The notes below the pieces were generated by a model that had not been told where the DNA came from, did not search any database, and was given only the letters and a program-made list of their open reading frames with translations. DNA of 19,666 nucleotides from NCBI GenBank assembly GCA_965644315.1, contig CBFFRQ010000157.1, forward strand, positions 1 to 19,666, given 5' to 3'. Shown in pieces: positions 1 through 8,762 of this stretch. A program made the translations under genes and the position numbers. The first letter of the stretch is position 1; every line of letters begins with the position of its first letter. The DNA is from Caecitellus pseudoparvulus. Its lineage: Eukaryota; Protista; Bigyra: Bicosoecida.

Positions 1-2445
1 GGCTGCCTGCCTAGCCAACCCTCCAGCCTCAAGGCATGATTGCAGTGAGATGACTCGATCACCCGTCAGAGCCAGCAGCTCACACACAACAGCCAAGTGT
101 CCGTTCTCACAGGCAACCCTGAAGGCAGCCTCAGGACTACCCTTGAATGCGGCATGGACATCCACGGCTCGATCACCTGTCAGCGCCAGCAGCTCACGCA
201 CCACGTCAATGTGCCCGTTCGCACAGGCACGTCGGAAGCCATACTCAGGGTCACCCTTGACCCCTGCATGCACATCCACGGCTCGATCACCCGTCAGAGC
301 CAGCAGCTCACGCACCACGTCAATGTGACCGTTCTGGCAGGCAAGCAGGAAGCCCCACTCAGGGTCGCCATTGACCCCTGCATGCACATCCACGGCTCGA
401 TGTCCGCTCAGCGCCAGCAGCTCACGCACCACCTCCACGTGGCCGTTCTGGCAGGCAATCAAGAAGCCGTGCTCAGGGTGGCCCTTGAAGCCTGCATGCA
501 CATCCACGGCTCGATGTCCGCTCAGCGCCAGCAGCTCACGCACCACGTCAATGTGGCCGTTCTCACAGGCACGTCGGAAGCCCCACTCAGGGTCACCCTT
601 GACCCCTGCATGCACATCCACGGCTCGATGTCCGCTCAGCGCCAGCAGCTCACGAACCACGTCAATGTGCCCGTTCGCACAGGCAAGTCGGAAGCCCCAC
701 TCAGGGTCACCCTTGACCCCTGCATGCACATCCACGGCTCGATCACCCGTCAGCGCCAGCAGCTCACGCACCACGTCAATGTGCCCGTTTTGGCAGGCAG
801 CCAGGAAGCCCCACTCAGGGTCGCCATTGACCCCTGCATGCACATCCACGGCTCGATCACCCGTCAGCGCCAGCAGCTCACGCACCACGTCAATGTGCCC
901 GTTCTGGCAGGCAAGTCGGAAGCCATACTCAGGGTCGCCATTGAAGCCTGCATGCACATCCACAGCTCGATCACCCGTCAGAGCCAGCAGCTCACGCACC
1001 ACCTCCACGTGCCCATTCGCACAGGCAAGTCGGAAGCCATACTCAGGGTCCCCCTTGACCCCTGCATGCACATCCACGGCTCGATGTCCGCTCAGCGCCA
1101 GCAGCTCACGCACCACGTCAATGTGCCCGTTCGCACAGGCAGCACGGAAGCCGTACTCAGGGTCGCCCTTGACCCCTGCATGCACATCCACGGCTCGATC
1201 ACCCGTCAGCGCCAGCAGCTCACGCACCACGTCAATGTGCCCGTTCGCACAGGCAAGTCGGAAGCCATACTCAGGGTCACCCTTGACCCCTGCATGCACA
1301 TCCACGGCTCGATCACCCGTCAGCGCCAGCAGCTCACGCACCACGTCAATGTGCCCACACGCACAGGCAAGTCGGAAGCCAGCCTCAGGGTGGCCCTTGA
1401 CCCCTGCATGCACATCCATGGCTCGATCACCCGTCAGCGCCAGCAGCTCACGCACCACCTCCACGTGGCCGTTCTGGCAGGCAAGTCGGAAGCCATACTC
1501 AGGGTCGCCATTGAAGCCTGCATGCACATCCACGGCTCGATGTCCGCTCAGAGCCAGCAGCTCGCGCACCACGTCAATGTGCCCATTCGCACAGGCACGT
1601 CGGAAGCCATACTCAGGGTCGCCCTTGACCCCTGCATGCACATCCACGGCTCGATCACCCGTCAGCGCCAGCAGCTCACGCACCACCTCCACGTGGCCGT
1701 TCTGGCAGGCAAGTCGGAAGCCATACTCAGGGTGGCCCTTGACCCCTGCATGCACATCCACGGCTCGATGTCCGCTCAGCGCCAGCAGCTCACGCACCAC
1801 GTCAATGTGCCCGTTCGCACAGGCAAGTCGGAAGCCATACTCAGGGTCGCCCTTGACCCCTGCATGCACATCCACGGCTCGATCACCCGTCAGCGCCAGC
1901 AGCTCACGCACCACCTCCACGTGGCCGTTCTGGCAGGCAAGTCGGAAGCCAGCCTCAGGGTGGCCCTTGACCCCTGCATGCACATCCACGGCTCGATGTC
2001 CGCTCAGCGCCAGCAGCTCACGCACCACGTCAATGTGGCCGTTCTCACAGGCAAGTCGGAAGCCAGCCTCAGGGTCGCCCTTGACCCCTGCATGCACATC
2101 CACGGCTCGATGTCCGCTCAGAGCCAGCAGCTCACGCACCACCTCCACGTGGCCGTTCTGGCAGGCAGCCAGGAAGCCATACTTAGGGCCAACCTCATCT
2201 TGTGCATGTATGTCCACAACAAGATCCCCCTCCAAAGCCAACAGCCCACGCAGCAGCCCAACGTTTCCTTTCTTGCACGCCACCAAAAAGCCAGCTGACA
2301 TCTCCTCGCTTGACAAGCCTCCCAGACCCACACCCGCACCACCACCGCACCTCTCAAGTATGCTCAGCAATACATCTACCTGCTCACCATCACATGCAGC
2401 CTTCCATCGACCCACCAACGACTGACTGCCGCTGTCGTCGTCCAT
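1..2445 (-). CDS. Ankyrin-like repeat protein A (38-aa repeats, ~20 units), 3' end outside the window
   Basis: Translated by hand; not in the ORF track because there is no stop in the window. ATG at 2445 in context CCACGCCATGG, reading MDDDSGSQSLVGRWKAACDGEQVDVLLSILE..., then repeats like AVDVHAGVKGDPEYGFRLACANGHIDVVRELLALTGDR, ending ...VISLQSCLEAGGLARQAA at base 1 in the same frame (>=815 aa). The A-C-x-x-G-H-x-D-V-V-R-E-L-L motif fits the ankyrin consensus; N- and C-terminal parts match paralogues B-E. Confidence 0.9.
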   Translation of the reverse strand, partial: MDDDSGSQSLVGRWKAACDGEQVDVLLSILERCGGGAGVGLGGLSSEEMSAGFLVACKKGNVGLLRGLLALEGDLVVDIHAQDEVGPKYGFLAACQNGHVEVVRELLALSGHRAVDVHAGVKGDPEAGFRLACENGHIDVVRELLALSGHRAVDVHAGVKGHPEAGFRLACQNGHVEVVRELLALTGDRAVDVHAGVKGDPEYGFRLACANGHIDVVRELLALSGHRAVDVHAGVKGHPEYGFRLACQNGHVEVVRELLALTGDRAVDVHAGVKGDPEYGFRRACANGHIDVVRELLALSGHRAVDVHAGFNGDPEYGFRLACQNGHVEVVRELLALTGDRAMDVHAGVKGHPEAGFRLACACGHIDVVRELLALTGDRAVDVHAGVKGDPEYGFRLACANGHIDVVRELLALTGDRAVDVHAGVKGDPEYGFRAACANGHIDVVRELLALSGHRAVDVHAGVKGDPEYGFRLACANGHVEVVRELLALTGDRAVDVHAGFNGDPEYGFRLACQNGHIDVVRELLALTGDRAVDVHAGVNGDPEWGFLAACQNGHIDVVRELLALTGDRAVDVHAGVKGDPEWGFRLACANGHIDVVRELLALSGHRAVDVHAGVKGDPEWGFRRACENGHIDVVRELLALSGHRAVDVHAGFKGHPEHGFLIACQNGHVEVVRELLALSGHRAVDVHAGVNGDPEWGFLLACQNGHIDVVRELLALTGDRAVDVHAGVKGDPEYGFRRACANGHIDVVRELLALTGDRAVDVHAAFKGSPEAAFRVACENGHLAVVCELLALTGDRVISLQSCLEAGGLARQAA
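60..2290. repeat. Tandem coding array of 114-bp units (19 near-identical plus 1 degenerate)
   Basis: GCCAGCAGCT recurs at 71, 185, 299, 413 ... 2123 (period 114), with a degenerate copy at 2237. Confidence 0.95.
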
Positions 2446-2760
2446 GGCGTGGTGGGGTTGCGTATGGCGGAAGGGCTGCCGCCAAACACCTCACCTGCAC
2501 AGCTACACAAGCGGCACAGGAAAGCATCTCAGGTGTAGATGTTTCTCACTGTCCTGTGCAGGAAGAAGTCGTGGGTGTTTGTTTTGACACAGTCGTGACA
2601 GTGTCCCACCTGCCTGCGGATTACTGCTGCCTGGCTCGCTCACGCCCATCCATGCAGACTTGCTCAAGCACTGTGCTCCCGAGGCGTGCTGGACAGACCT
2701 CACCCAGGCACACCCACCTCACCAGCACCTCCACCAGCGATATCAATGCTTCGCTGCACA
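2443..2760 (-). promoter_or_regulatory. Conserved 5' flank of the ankyrin genes (5'UTR/promoter, possibly with a splice site)
   Basis: Minus-strand GCTGTGCAGG(T/C)GAG sits 45-48 nt upstream of the ATG in A (2490-2503), B (14694-14707), C (16012-16025) and D (18639-18652); all four share CCACGCCATGG. Similarity between A and C extends ~300 bp upstream. Function is inferred. Confidence 0.5.
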
Positions 2761-3064
2761 CCATGGTGTCCCAAGCTGCTCGGGAGGCCAACGCCCTACC
2801 CCGCTCGGCGACCCCCCCCTCACATGGAACCCGACGAGGTACCGACCTCAAGCTCTGCCGCCTTCCGACGCTAGCGGACGACTCCACATCCCTTGCCGAC
2901 CCCCCCCCCTTCACCCCAATCTAGCCAAGAAAACTTGCCCGCCCCCTGGCTTGGCTGCCTGCATGAACACGGACATCTGTAGCGGAGGCTGCATTCTTGC
3001 CACCTGCCATGACCCCCCCACCTTCCACTTTGTGTGGGTATGCGGGGGGCACACTGTGCCTTTG

Positions 3065-5632
3065 CTACTCATCGGTGCTCTTTGCCAGCAGCTTCAGCAC
3101 TGCCTGGCGCATGGCCTCCGGCAACGCCTCCAAGTCGCTTTCGCGGCCGTACGAAAACGCCACCATGTCGTGCGCCTTGTGCACGGCTGCCTCCTCCAAC
3201 CCTCCTTCACTCGCCAGTGCCAGGAGTCGCATGGCCTGTGCCAGGTCTGGCTCCTGCTGGCCACACCCAGCTCCCAGCAGGCGTGCGTAGTGCAGGTGCC
3301 CGAGGGGAACGCCGGCTTCGGAAGCTGAGCGGATGAGGTCTGCTTCCCGCTCGGCAGCATCCACAGCGCCCCCGTGCAGCTCCTCCCGCATCCAGCACTC
3401 GGCACAGGCTGCAAGGGGGTGGCCCAGGTCAGCTGCCCGGACCATGCACTGGAACGCCGCGGGCCAGCTCGCTTCCACACCCTCGTCTGTGCCGAGGATG
3501 TGACTGAGGCCCAGCCGGAACAGCGTCTCGGCATTGGCATCCTCCCCTGCCTCCAGCATGGCGCTGGCGTCAAAGGGGCTGCTGTCACGGGTGGCCGTGA
3601 CCTCTTCGATGAGCAGCACGGCGCCAGTCTGGCCATATGCAGCTGCTTGCCGCCAACACTCCAGGGCTGCTTCCTCGTCCACCGCCTTGCCGCCGGCACC
3701 TCGCCAGTGTGCCAAGCCCACCAAAACGTGAAGTTCCAGCAGCTCGTCCTGCTCATCGGCTGTCGCGCGGTCCATGATTTCGACTGCCTTGGCAACTGCG
3801 CCGTCAAAGTCCGCCTCCGTCCCCCGCCCTTCCGACATCATCACGGCGACGTAGGATCCTGAATGGATGCAGCCGTACCGCTCATACGCCTCCGACATCA
3901 GTTTATAGCCCTGCGCGTCGTCCGTGGGGCCGCCATACCCGTGCAGGTGAACAAGGGCTGGGTACGTCAGGGCTATGGAGTCATCGCAGCCAGATTCCTG
4001 CAATGCAAGCCACCACCTGCGCACAGCAGCACCGTCCCACACACCGCCGTCCCCGATGGAATAGATCAGACCAGCGCGCATCATGCAGTAGGATGCTCCC
4101 GCCTCTGCGCCCTTCAACCACCAGTGTCGTGAGGCGCGGGCGTTGCGCTGGAAGGAGTGCGTGCCGCTCTCAAACGCAGCACCCATGAAGGTCATGGCAG
4201 AGGAGTACCCCCGCTTGGCCGCAACGTGGGCCCACTTGCCCTCCAGCGCCTCGTCCGCCTCCAGGCCGTGCCCGCCGTGCTCGTACATGATCTTCAAATT
4301 CCACGCGGCGGTGTCGTGGCCAGCCTCCACTGCAGCCTCGTAGTGCTTGGCTGCCTCCACCCAGTCCCGCTCCATGCCGATGCCGGCGTGGTACAGGCGC
4401 CCGATGGCGTTCATGGACTTGGCGTCGCCGCGTGCCGCCGGCTTCGACAACCACTTCAGCGCGCCAGGCCCATCCACCCCGTTCGGCCCACGCCCGTTGG
4501 ACAGCATGTGGCCCAGGTTGTACGCTGCGTTCATGTCGCCCAGCACCGCCGCCTGCTCCATCCACGCACACGCCTCGCCGTCAGACGCCGGCACGCCGGG
4601 CTTGCCTGACGCGTAGATGAACCCCAGCTGCCCACACGCCCGCACATGCCCCGCACTGCCCGCCATACGAAACCACTTCACCGCCTCCGCCATGTCCTTC
4701 GGCACGCCCCGCCCAAAGTAGTACTTGACGCCCAGCTCGAATGCCGCGTCAGCTGCCGTCTGTCCGCCCCCTGTCGCTGTCTGCGCCACCTGCCACAGGC
4801 CCGCCTGCTCCGGCCCCAACGCCTCCTCACACTGCCGCAGGAGGTCCACGCCTTGCTCTGCGCCCAGCTCCCCTGCGATGCGGGCCCACTGCACGGCCCG
4901 GAGGGGGTCCACGGGGACCCGGCCCAGCTCCGCCACCGCATCCACACCCTCCTCCGGTGGGGGCAGCTCCGCCCCATCCGGCCCGGTGGGTGGGTTGCCA
5001 CGGCTGAACAGGTGCGCCATGTCCACAGCCGCTGCTCGGGCGATGCCGGGCTCCAGCGACACGGACGCGCGCTTGAAGAAGGCCAGGCTGTCAGCCGGTG
5101 ACACGTTGCAGGCAGGCACGCCAGGCGGCGGCGGCGTCAGCCCAGCTCGCCCCAGCAAGAGAGACGCTTCCCCTGAGCCGTGCTTGGAGGCGAGGCGCAG
5201 GAACACCTCGGCTTGTTCCGGGTCCACTGGCAACGCCCCTGCTCCGTCGCGGTACACTGCCGCCAGAGCCAGAGCTGCGTTGGCGTCGGCTGAGGAGTGA
5301 GCGGCCTCCAACCAGTCCCACGTGTCAGCGACAGTCGGCCCATCTCCCGCATCCATCAACATCGCCTTTTCAAACGCGTCTGCAGCGCCCTCCACCTCTG
5401 CCTCCATGGCCATGTGCAGGAACTTGCAGGCTCGCAGGGGGTCTGTCGGCGCGCCGTCGCTCCCGGCAAGGAAAGCCGAGCCGACAGAAAACGCCGCCTG
5501 AGCGTCGCCGCCCTCCGCTGCTGCCAAAGACTCCGAGAATGTACGTGTGGGCGCCATGGGTGCGTCCTCTCCGTCCTCTACGCTGGCAGGTGGCCCTCCT
5601 GCCGTCGTTTCCGCGGGTGCAGCAACAGCCAT
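3065..5632 (-). CDS. Sel1-like (SLR/TPR) repeat protein, ~855 aa
   Basis: Long uninterrupted ORF with many Sel1 motifs: AAFELGVKYYFGRGVPKDMAEAVKWFRMAGSAGH, AAYNLGHMLSNGRG, SMNAIGRLYHAGIGMERDWVEAAKHYEAAVEAGH, TLFRLGLSHILG. First ATG (GACATGG) at 5632; the track's 5674 start is not an ATG. Confidence 0.9.
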   Translation of the reverse strand: MAVAAPAETTAGGPPASVEDGEDAPMAPTRTFSESLAAAEGGDAQAAFSVGSAFLAGSDGAPTDPLRACKFLHMAMEAEVEGAADAFEKAMLMDAGDGPTVADTWDWLEAAHSSADANAALALAAVYRDGAGALPVDPEQAEVFLRLASKHGSGEASLLLGRAGLTPPPPGVPACNVSPADSLAFFKRASVSLEPGIARAAAVDMAHLFSRGNPPTGPDGAELPPPEEGVDAVAELGRVPVDPLRAVQWARIAGELGAEQGVDLLRQCEEALGPEQAGLWQVAQTATGGGQTAADAAFELGVKYYFGRGVPKDMAEAVKWFRMAGSAGHVRACGQLGFIYASGKPGVPASDGEACAWMEQAAVLGDMNAAYNLGHMLSNGRGPNGVDGPGALKWLSKPAARGDAKSMNAIGRLYHAGIGMERDWVEAAKHYEAAVEAGHDTAAWNLKIMYEHGGHGLEADEALEGKWAHVAAKRGYSSAMTFMGAAFESGTHSFQRNARASRHWWLKGAEAGASYCMMRAGLIYSIGDGGVWDGAAVRRWWLALQESGCDDSIALTYPALVHLHGYGGPTDDAQGYKLMSEAYERYGCIHSGSYVAVMMSEGRGTEADFDGAVAKAVEIMDRATADEQDELLELHVLVGLAHWRGAGGKAVDEEAALECWRQAAAYGQTGAVLLIEEVTATRDSSPFDASAMLEAGEDANAETLFRLGLSHILGTDEGVEASWPAAFQCMVRAADLGHPLAACAECWMREELHGGAVDAAEREADLIRSASEAGVPLGHLHYARLLGAGCGQQEPDLAQAMRLLALASEGGLEEAAVHKAHDMVAFSYGRESDLEALPEAMRQAVLKLLAKSTDE

Positions 5633-6143
5633 GTCGGCGTGGTGGCGCAAGAGCAGTGCCGCAAGCAGCACCAAGCAGGCAGCGGGTCCGCCCAGCCTTT
5701 CCCGGGCGTAAAGGGGAGGGCTCTCTCAGGCGTGCATACTGTGCTGGTGTGGTGGGGATTGAGTTCATGTGTGTTATATGGAACAGTGCACTTGGATCGA
5801 GTTGTTGGTCCTGACCAGCGGCAACTCACAGCTGCTTCCAATCGTCTTGTGCTGTGAGCGAATTTCCGCAACTACGATGATCATCCACATTTCGCTTCAG
5901 TGCACGCCAATGGCAAACAAAACCCACCCAGCTGACGACCCAGCGAGTGCCCTTGCCGAGACTCCCTTGCCTGAATCTCCAGGGTGTGGCAGGCCGCCCT
6001 CCGGCCGCCCAAACTGCCCGCACCCGCACCAGCTCGTCGTCATGCTGGGTGCGCAGCGCAACGGCAGCGCAGCGCATACCCTCGGGCCGTGCAGCAGGGC
6101 TTTCCGGAGACATGCAGGGCGCCTGGCTGGCAGCATTCGGCGA

Positions 6144-8327
6144 ATGGAGCGTGGCAAGCGCCTGTCCTTGGCTGCCTGCGTCGTGCTGAGCTGCGTGGCC
6201 GCGGTTGTGGGCGGGGTGTGGACGGTGTGGAGCATGTTGGCGGGAGGCGGTCCTGGCGCAGCCGCAGCGTCACTGCAGCGCGCTCGGGCTTGGCAGAAAC
6301 AACTAGGAGATCCGTCCCTACCCGGAAGCAACGGGCGGACGATTGTGCAGTGCCTGGAAGCGGCAGCTCGGCGGCCAGCAAGGTCACCTGCGGAAATTCG
6401 TTCAGCGTTCAGCGGCGCAGGCCACGACAAGCTGCACATCGCAGTGGGATTCGGCACCACCACTCGTGGAGTGGAGGTGCGTGCAGATGCACACTTGACA
6501 GACCTGCCCCTCATGCAGGTGGTGGTGCCGACTCTCTTCATCACTGCCGACGACGGCTTCCGGTACAGCGTTGTGGCTGCGTTTGACGATGACGACCCAG
6601 TGCTGGCCAGCCCGGCACAGCGGGCCATGCTGCAGGCCAGCTTTGCCGCCTTCGCACACTGTGCCCGCCCTGGCCTGGCCGTGCAGCTGTTGCTGGTGCC
6701 ATCTGGCTCCCACCACGCACCCAGTCTGGCACACGCAGCTGCCATGGCGGCAGGGGCTGCAGCGGGTGCAGACTTCCTGTACCGCATCAACGATGATACA
6801 TCGTTCGTCAGCGGCGGCTGGGCGGGGGCCATGGTCCAGGAACTGCTGCTGCGCCGCTGGCCGCCGCTGGTGGGCATGACTGGGCCGAAACACGACAACG
6901 GCAACACGGCCATTCTCACTCACGATTTCACACACGCCACTCACCTGGAGGTGTTCCCTGCGTACTACCCCCACCAGCTGCGCACGTGGTTCACAGACGA
7001 CTGGGTGTCCCATGTGTACGGCATGCGGGGCGGCGTAACGCATGGCGTGGTGGTGGACCACACAACGGGATGGGGGCAACGGTACTCCTCACGCGGCGGC
7101 GACTGCCGCACAATGCTTCGGCTGGTGCGACAGGGCCAGGGCATGCTGCGGGCGTTTCTGCGGTCGCCCCGCCCTGATGCGTTCTGGAGGACCGTCGTGG
7201 ACGTGGCGCGGCGCCTGCCCCGCCCACTGCGCCCGGCGCGCCCCCTCAATGAGTCAAGCCTGCCCCAGGTGCAGGGGTGGCTGGCCCCGAACCCCCCCCT
7301 GACACCCCTCAAGCAGGCCCTGGCTGAGGTGGTGGCGGCAGCAGAGGCGATGGGGGAGCCCCTGACCACGGGGGCCGTGGCCATGTCCTTGCCTGAAACG
7401 CACGAGTCCACTACGATGCTCGCTGCAGTGCGTGCTGCGTTGGCCAGCACTGCAATCATGTACCCACGGTGGCAGCTGTGGCTGTACGCCACGCCACCCG
7501 TGCTGCGTCTGGCAGAAGTCACAGTGCAAGAGGTGCTGGCGGCAGCGGCGCAGGGGGGGGGCGTGGCCGAACTGGCCGCTGCAACGCAGCACGCCCTGCC
7601 AGCTGACTCCTCCATGCCAGACGCGCTGCACTCGCTGCCCCTGGTGCGAGTGCTGCCAGTGCAGGGGTGGCCCGTGGGCGCAGGGCACCTGGCTGCACTG
7701 TCTCAAGCGCCAGCCTTCAATGTGCAGCGGCTGGTGTTCCGGTCGCCCGCGGCCGTTCCGACCTGGCGAGAAGCCGTCGCGGTGGCATCGTGGGTCAACC
7801 GCCAGGACGCAGTGCACGTCATGCGCGATCACAGGTCGCGCCATGCGACACCCCTCGTGGCGGACTTGTGGGGTGTGTTCCTGCGCCCTCGGGGCCGCCA
7901 GCGTACTATGGCCGGTGTCGCGGCAGAGTGGGCGGCGACGCTCAAATTCCGCCTATGCCCCGCTGCGCACAGCAACGGCTCGCCCTGCGACCGCCTGCCC
8001 ACCAGGGCACTGTCGGCAACCCTGTCGGCAGTGGTGTGGCCGTGGGTGCTGGCCACTGGGGACGCCATGGTGCACGACGCGGTGAACTGTGACACGCTTC
8101 GGGGAGGAGCGTTCCCGCTGCCCCGCTCCGAAGGCCCAGATGTCGAGTGGGTGGGCATGCCTCACAAAGGAGGCACAACAGTGCACAGCGCCGTGGCACG
8201 GGAGGAACTGGCGGAGGTGTGTCATCCATGCGACCTGAGGTCGTGCCAGGGCCCCTTGAACGGCCAGGAGCTGCTGCCCTTGCTCCAGGCCACTGCGGGC
8301 GGGTGGGGCCACGCCCCCGCCTGCTGA
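6144..8327 (+). CDS. Putative type II membrane glycosyltransferase-like protein with two GT-A-like domains
   Basis: Basic residues plus a hydrophobic signal-anchor (MERGKRLSLAACVVLSCVAAVVGGVWTVW). Domain 1 (~6550-7025) has VVAAFDDDD, ADFLYRINDDTSF, GMTGP, ILTHDF, TWFTDDWVSHVY (GT2-like). Domain 2 (~7455-8160) has YPRWQLWLY, REAVAVASW, HVMRDH, LWG, VWP, HDAVNC, FPLPR, WVG. Family assignments are from motif recall, not a search. Start uncertain: in-frame upstream starts at 6042, 5910 and the track's 5769. Confidence 0.72.
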   Translation: MERGKRLSLAACVVLSCVAAVVGGVWTVWSMLAGGGPGAAAASLQRARAWQKQLGDPSLPGSNGRTIVQCLEAAARRPARSPAEIRSAFSGAGHDKLHIAVGFGTTTRGVEVRADAHLTDLPLMQVVVPTLFITADDGFRYSVVAAFDDDDPVLASPAQRAMLQASFAAFAHCARPGLAVQLLLVPSGSHHAPSLAHAAAMAAGAAAGADFLYRINDDTSFVSGGWAGAMVQELLLRRWPPLVGMTGPKHDNGNTAILTHDFTHATHLEVFPAYYPHQLRTWFTDDWVSHVYGMRGGVTHGVVVDHTTGWGQRYSSRGGDCRTMLRLVRQGQGMLRAFLRSPRPDAFWRTVVDVARRLPRPLRPARPLNESSLPQVQGWLAPNPPLTPLKQALAEVVAAAEAMGEPLTTGAVAMSLPETHESTTMLAAVRAALASTAIMYPRWQLWLYATPPVLRLAEVTVQEVLAAAAQGGGVAELAAATQHALPADSSMPDALHSLPLVRVLPVQGWPVGAGHLAALSQAPAFNVQRLVFRSPAAVPTWREAVAVASWVNRQDAVHVMRDHRSRHATPLVADLWGVFLRPRGRQRTMAGVAAEWAATLKFRLCPAAHSNGSPCDRLPTRALSATLSAVVWPWVLATGDAMVHDAVNCDTLRGGAFPLPRSEGPDVEWVGMPHKGGTTVHSAVAREELAEVCHPCDLRSCQGPLNGQELLPLLQATAGGWGHAPAC

Positions 8328-8762
8328 TGAAACGGCATGCAATGTGACCGAGCGTACACGGTGTGTACTAGATGACGGTATCCACAGTCACCTGGCAAGG
8401 CGCTGTGCATTGAAGGTGCTGCTGCCATGCTTTTCATGCTCCCCATTCACTCTACCGCCCCAAGGCACGGGCAAGGGCGCCGGCCTCCAGCGGAATGCAC
8501 ACCCATCGTCTGTTCGCTGCATTGCTCCATTGTTGATGCTCACGAGTTCCACTTTGCCCGTCAACAACCCAAGCCGCCTGGCCTCGGAACTGCCAAGCTT
8601 TGGAGGCAGCACCCTCCTCCAAGGGTTGGTACTCAGGCTCAAGCTCCAAGCCACGCACGCCACAAGTGGTTTGAATAGCTCACACACGCTGGTCATTCCG
8701 AAGGTGACAGTGGCCGTGGCGACTTGCGCCGTGCAGCGTGGAGCCCACACATGCACCGCCCT

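Noticed and set aside
60-2290. CRISPR-like or DGR-like interpretation of the regular repeats
   Set aside because: Units are contiguous coding repeats without unique spacers; no cas or reverse transcriptase gene is visible, and variation is not adenine-specific.
97-2425. Long plus-strand ORFs (733 aa and 684 aa) over the first array
   Set aside because: Antisense shadows: a stop-free 114-bp unit repeated in tandem keeps these frames open. The minus frame gives a recognisable ankyrin protein homologous to B-E.
5769-6143. Upstream in-frame extension of the glycosyltransferase ORF
   Set aside because: Looks non-coding in composition, overlaps the likely divergent promoter and precedes the signal-anchor; the start remains unresolved.
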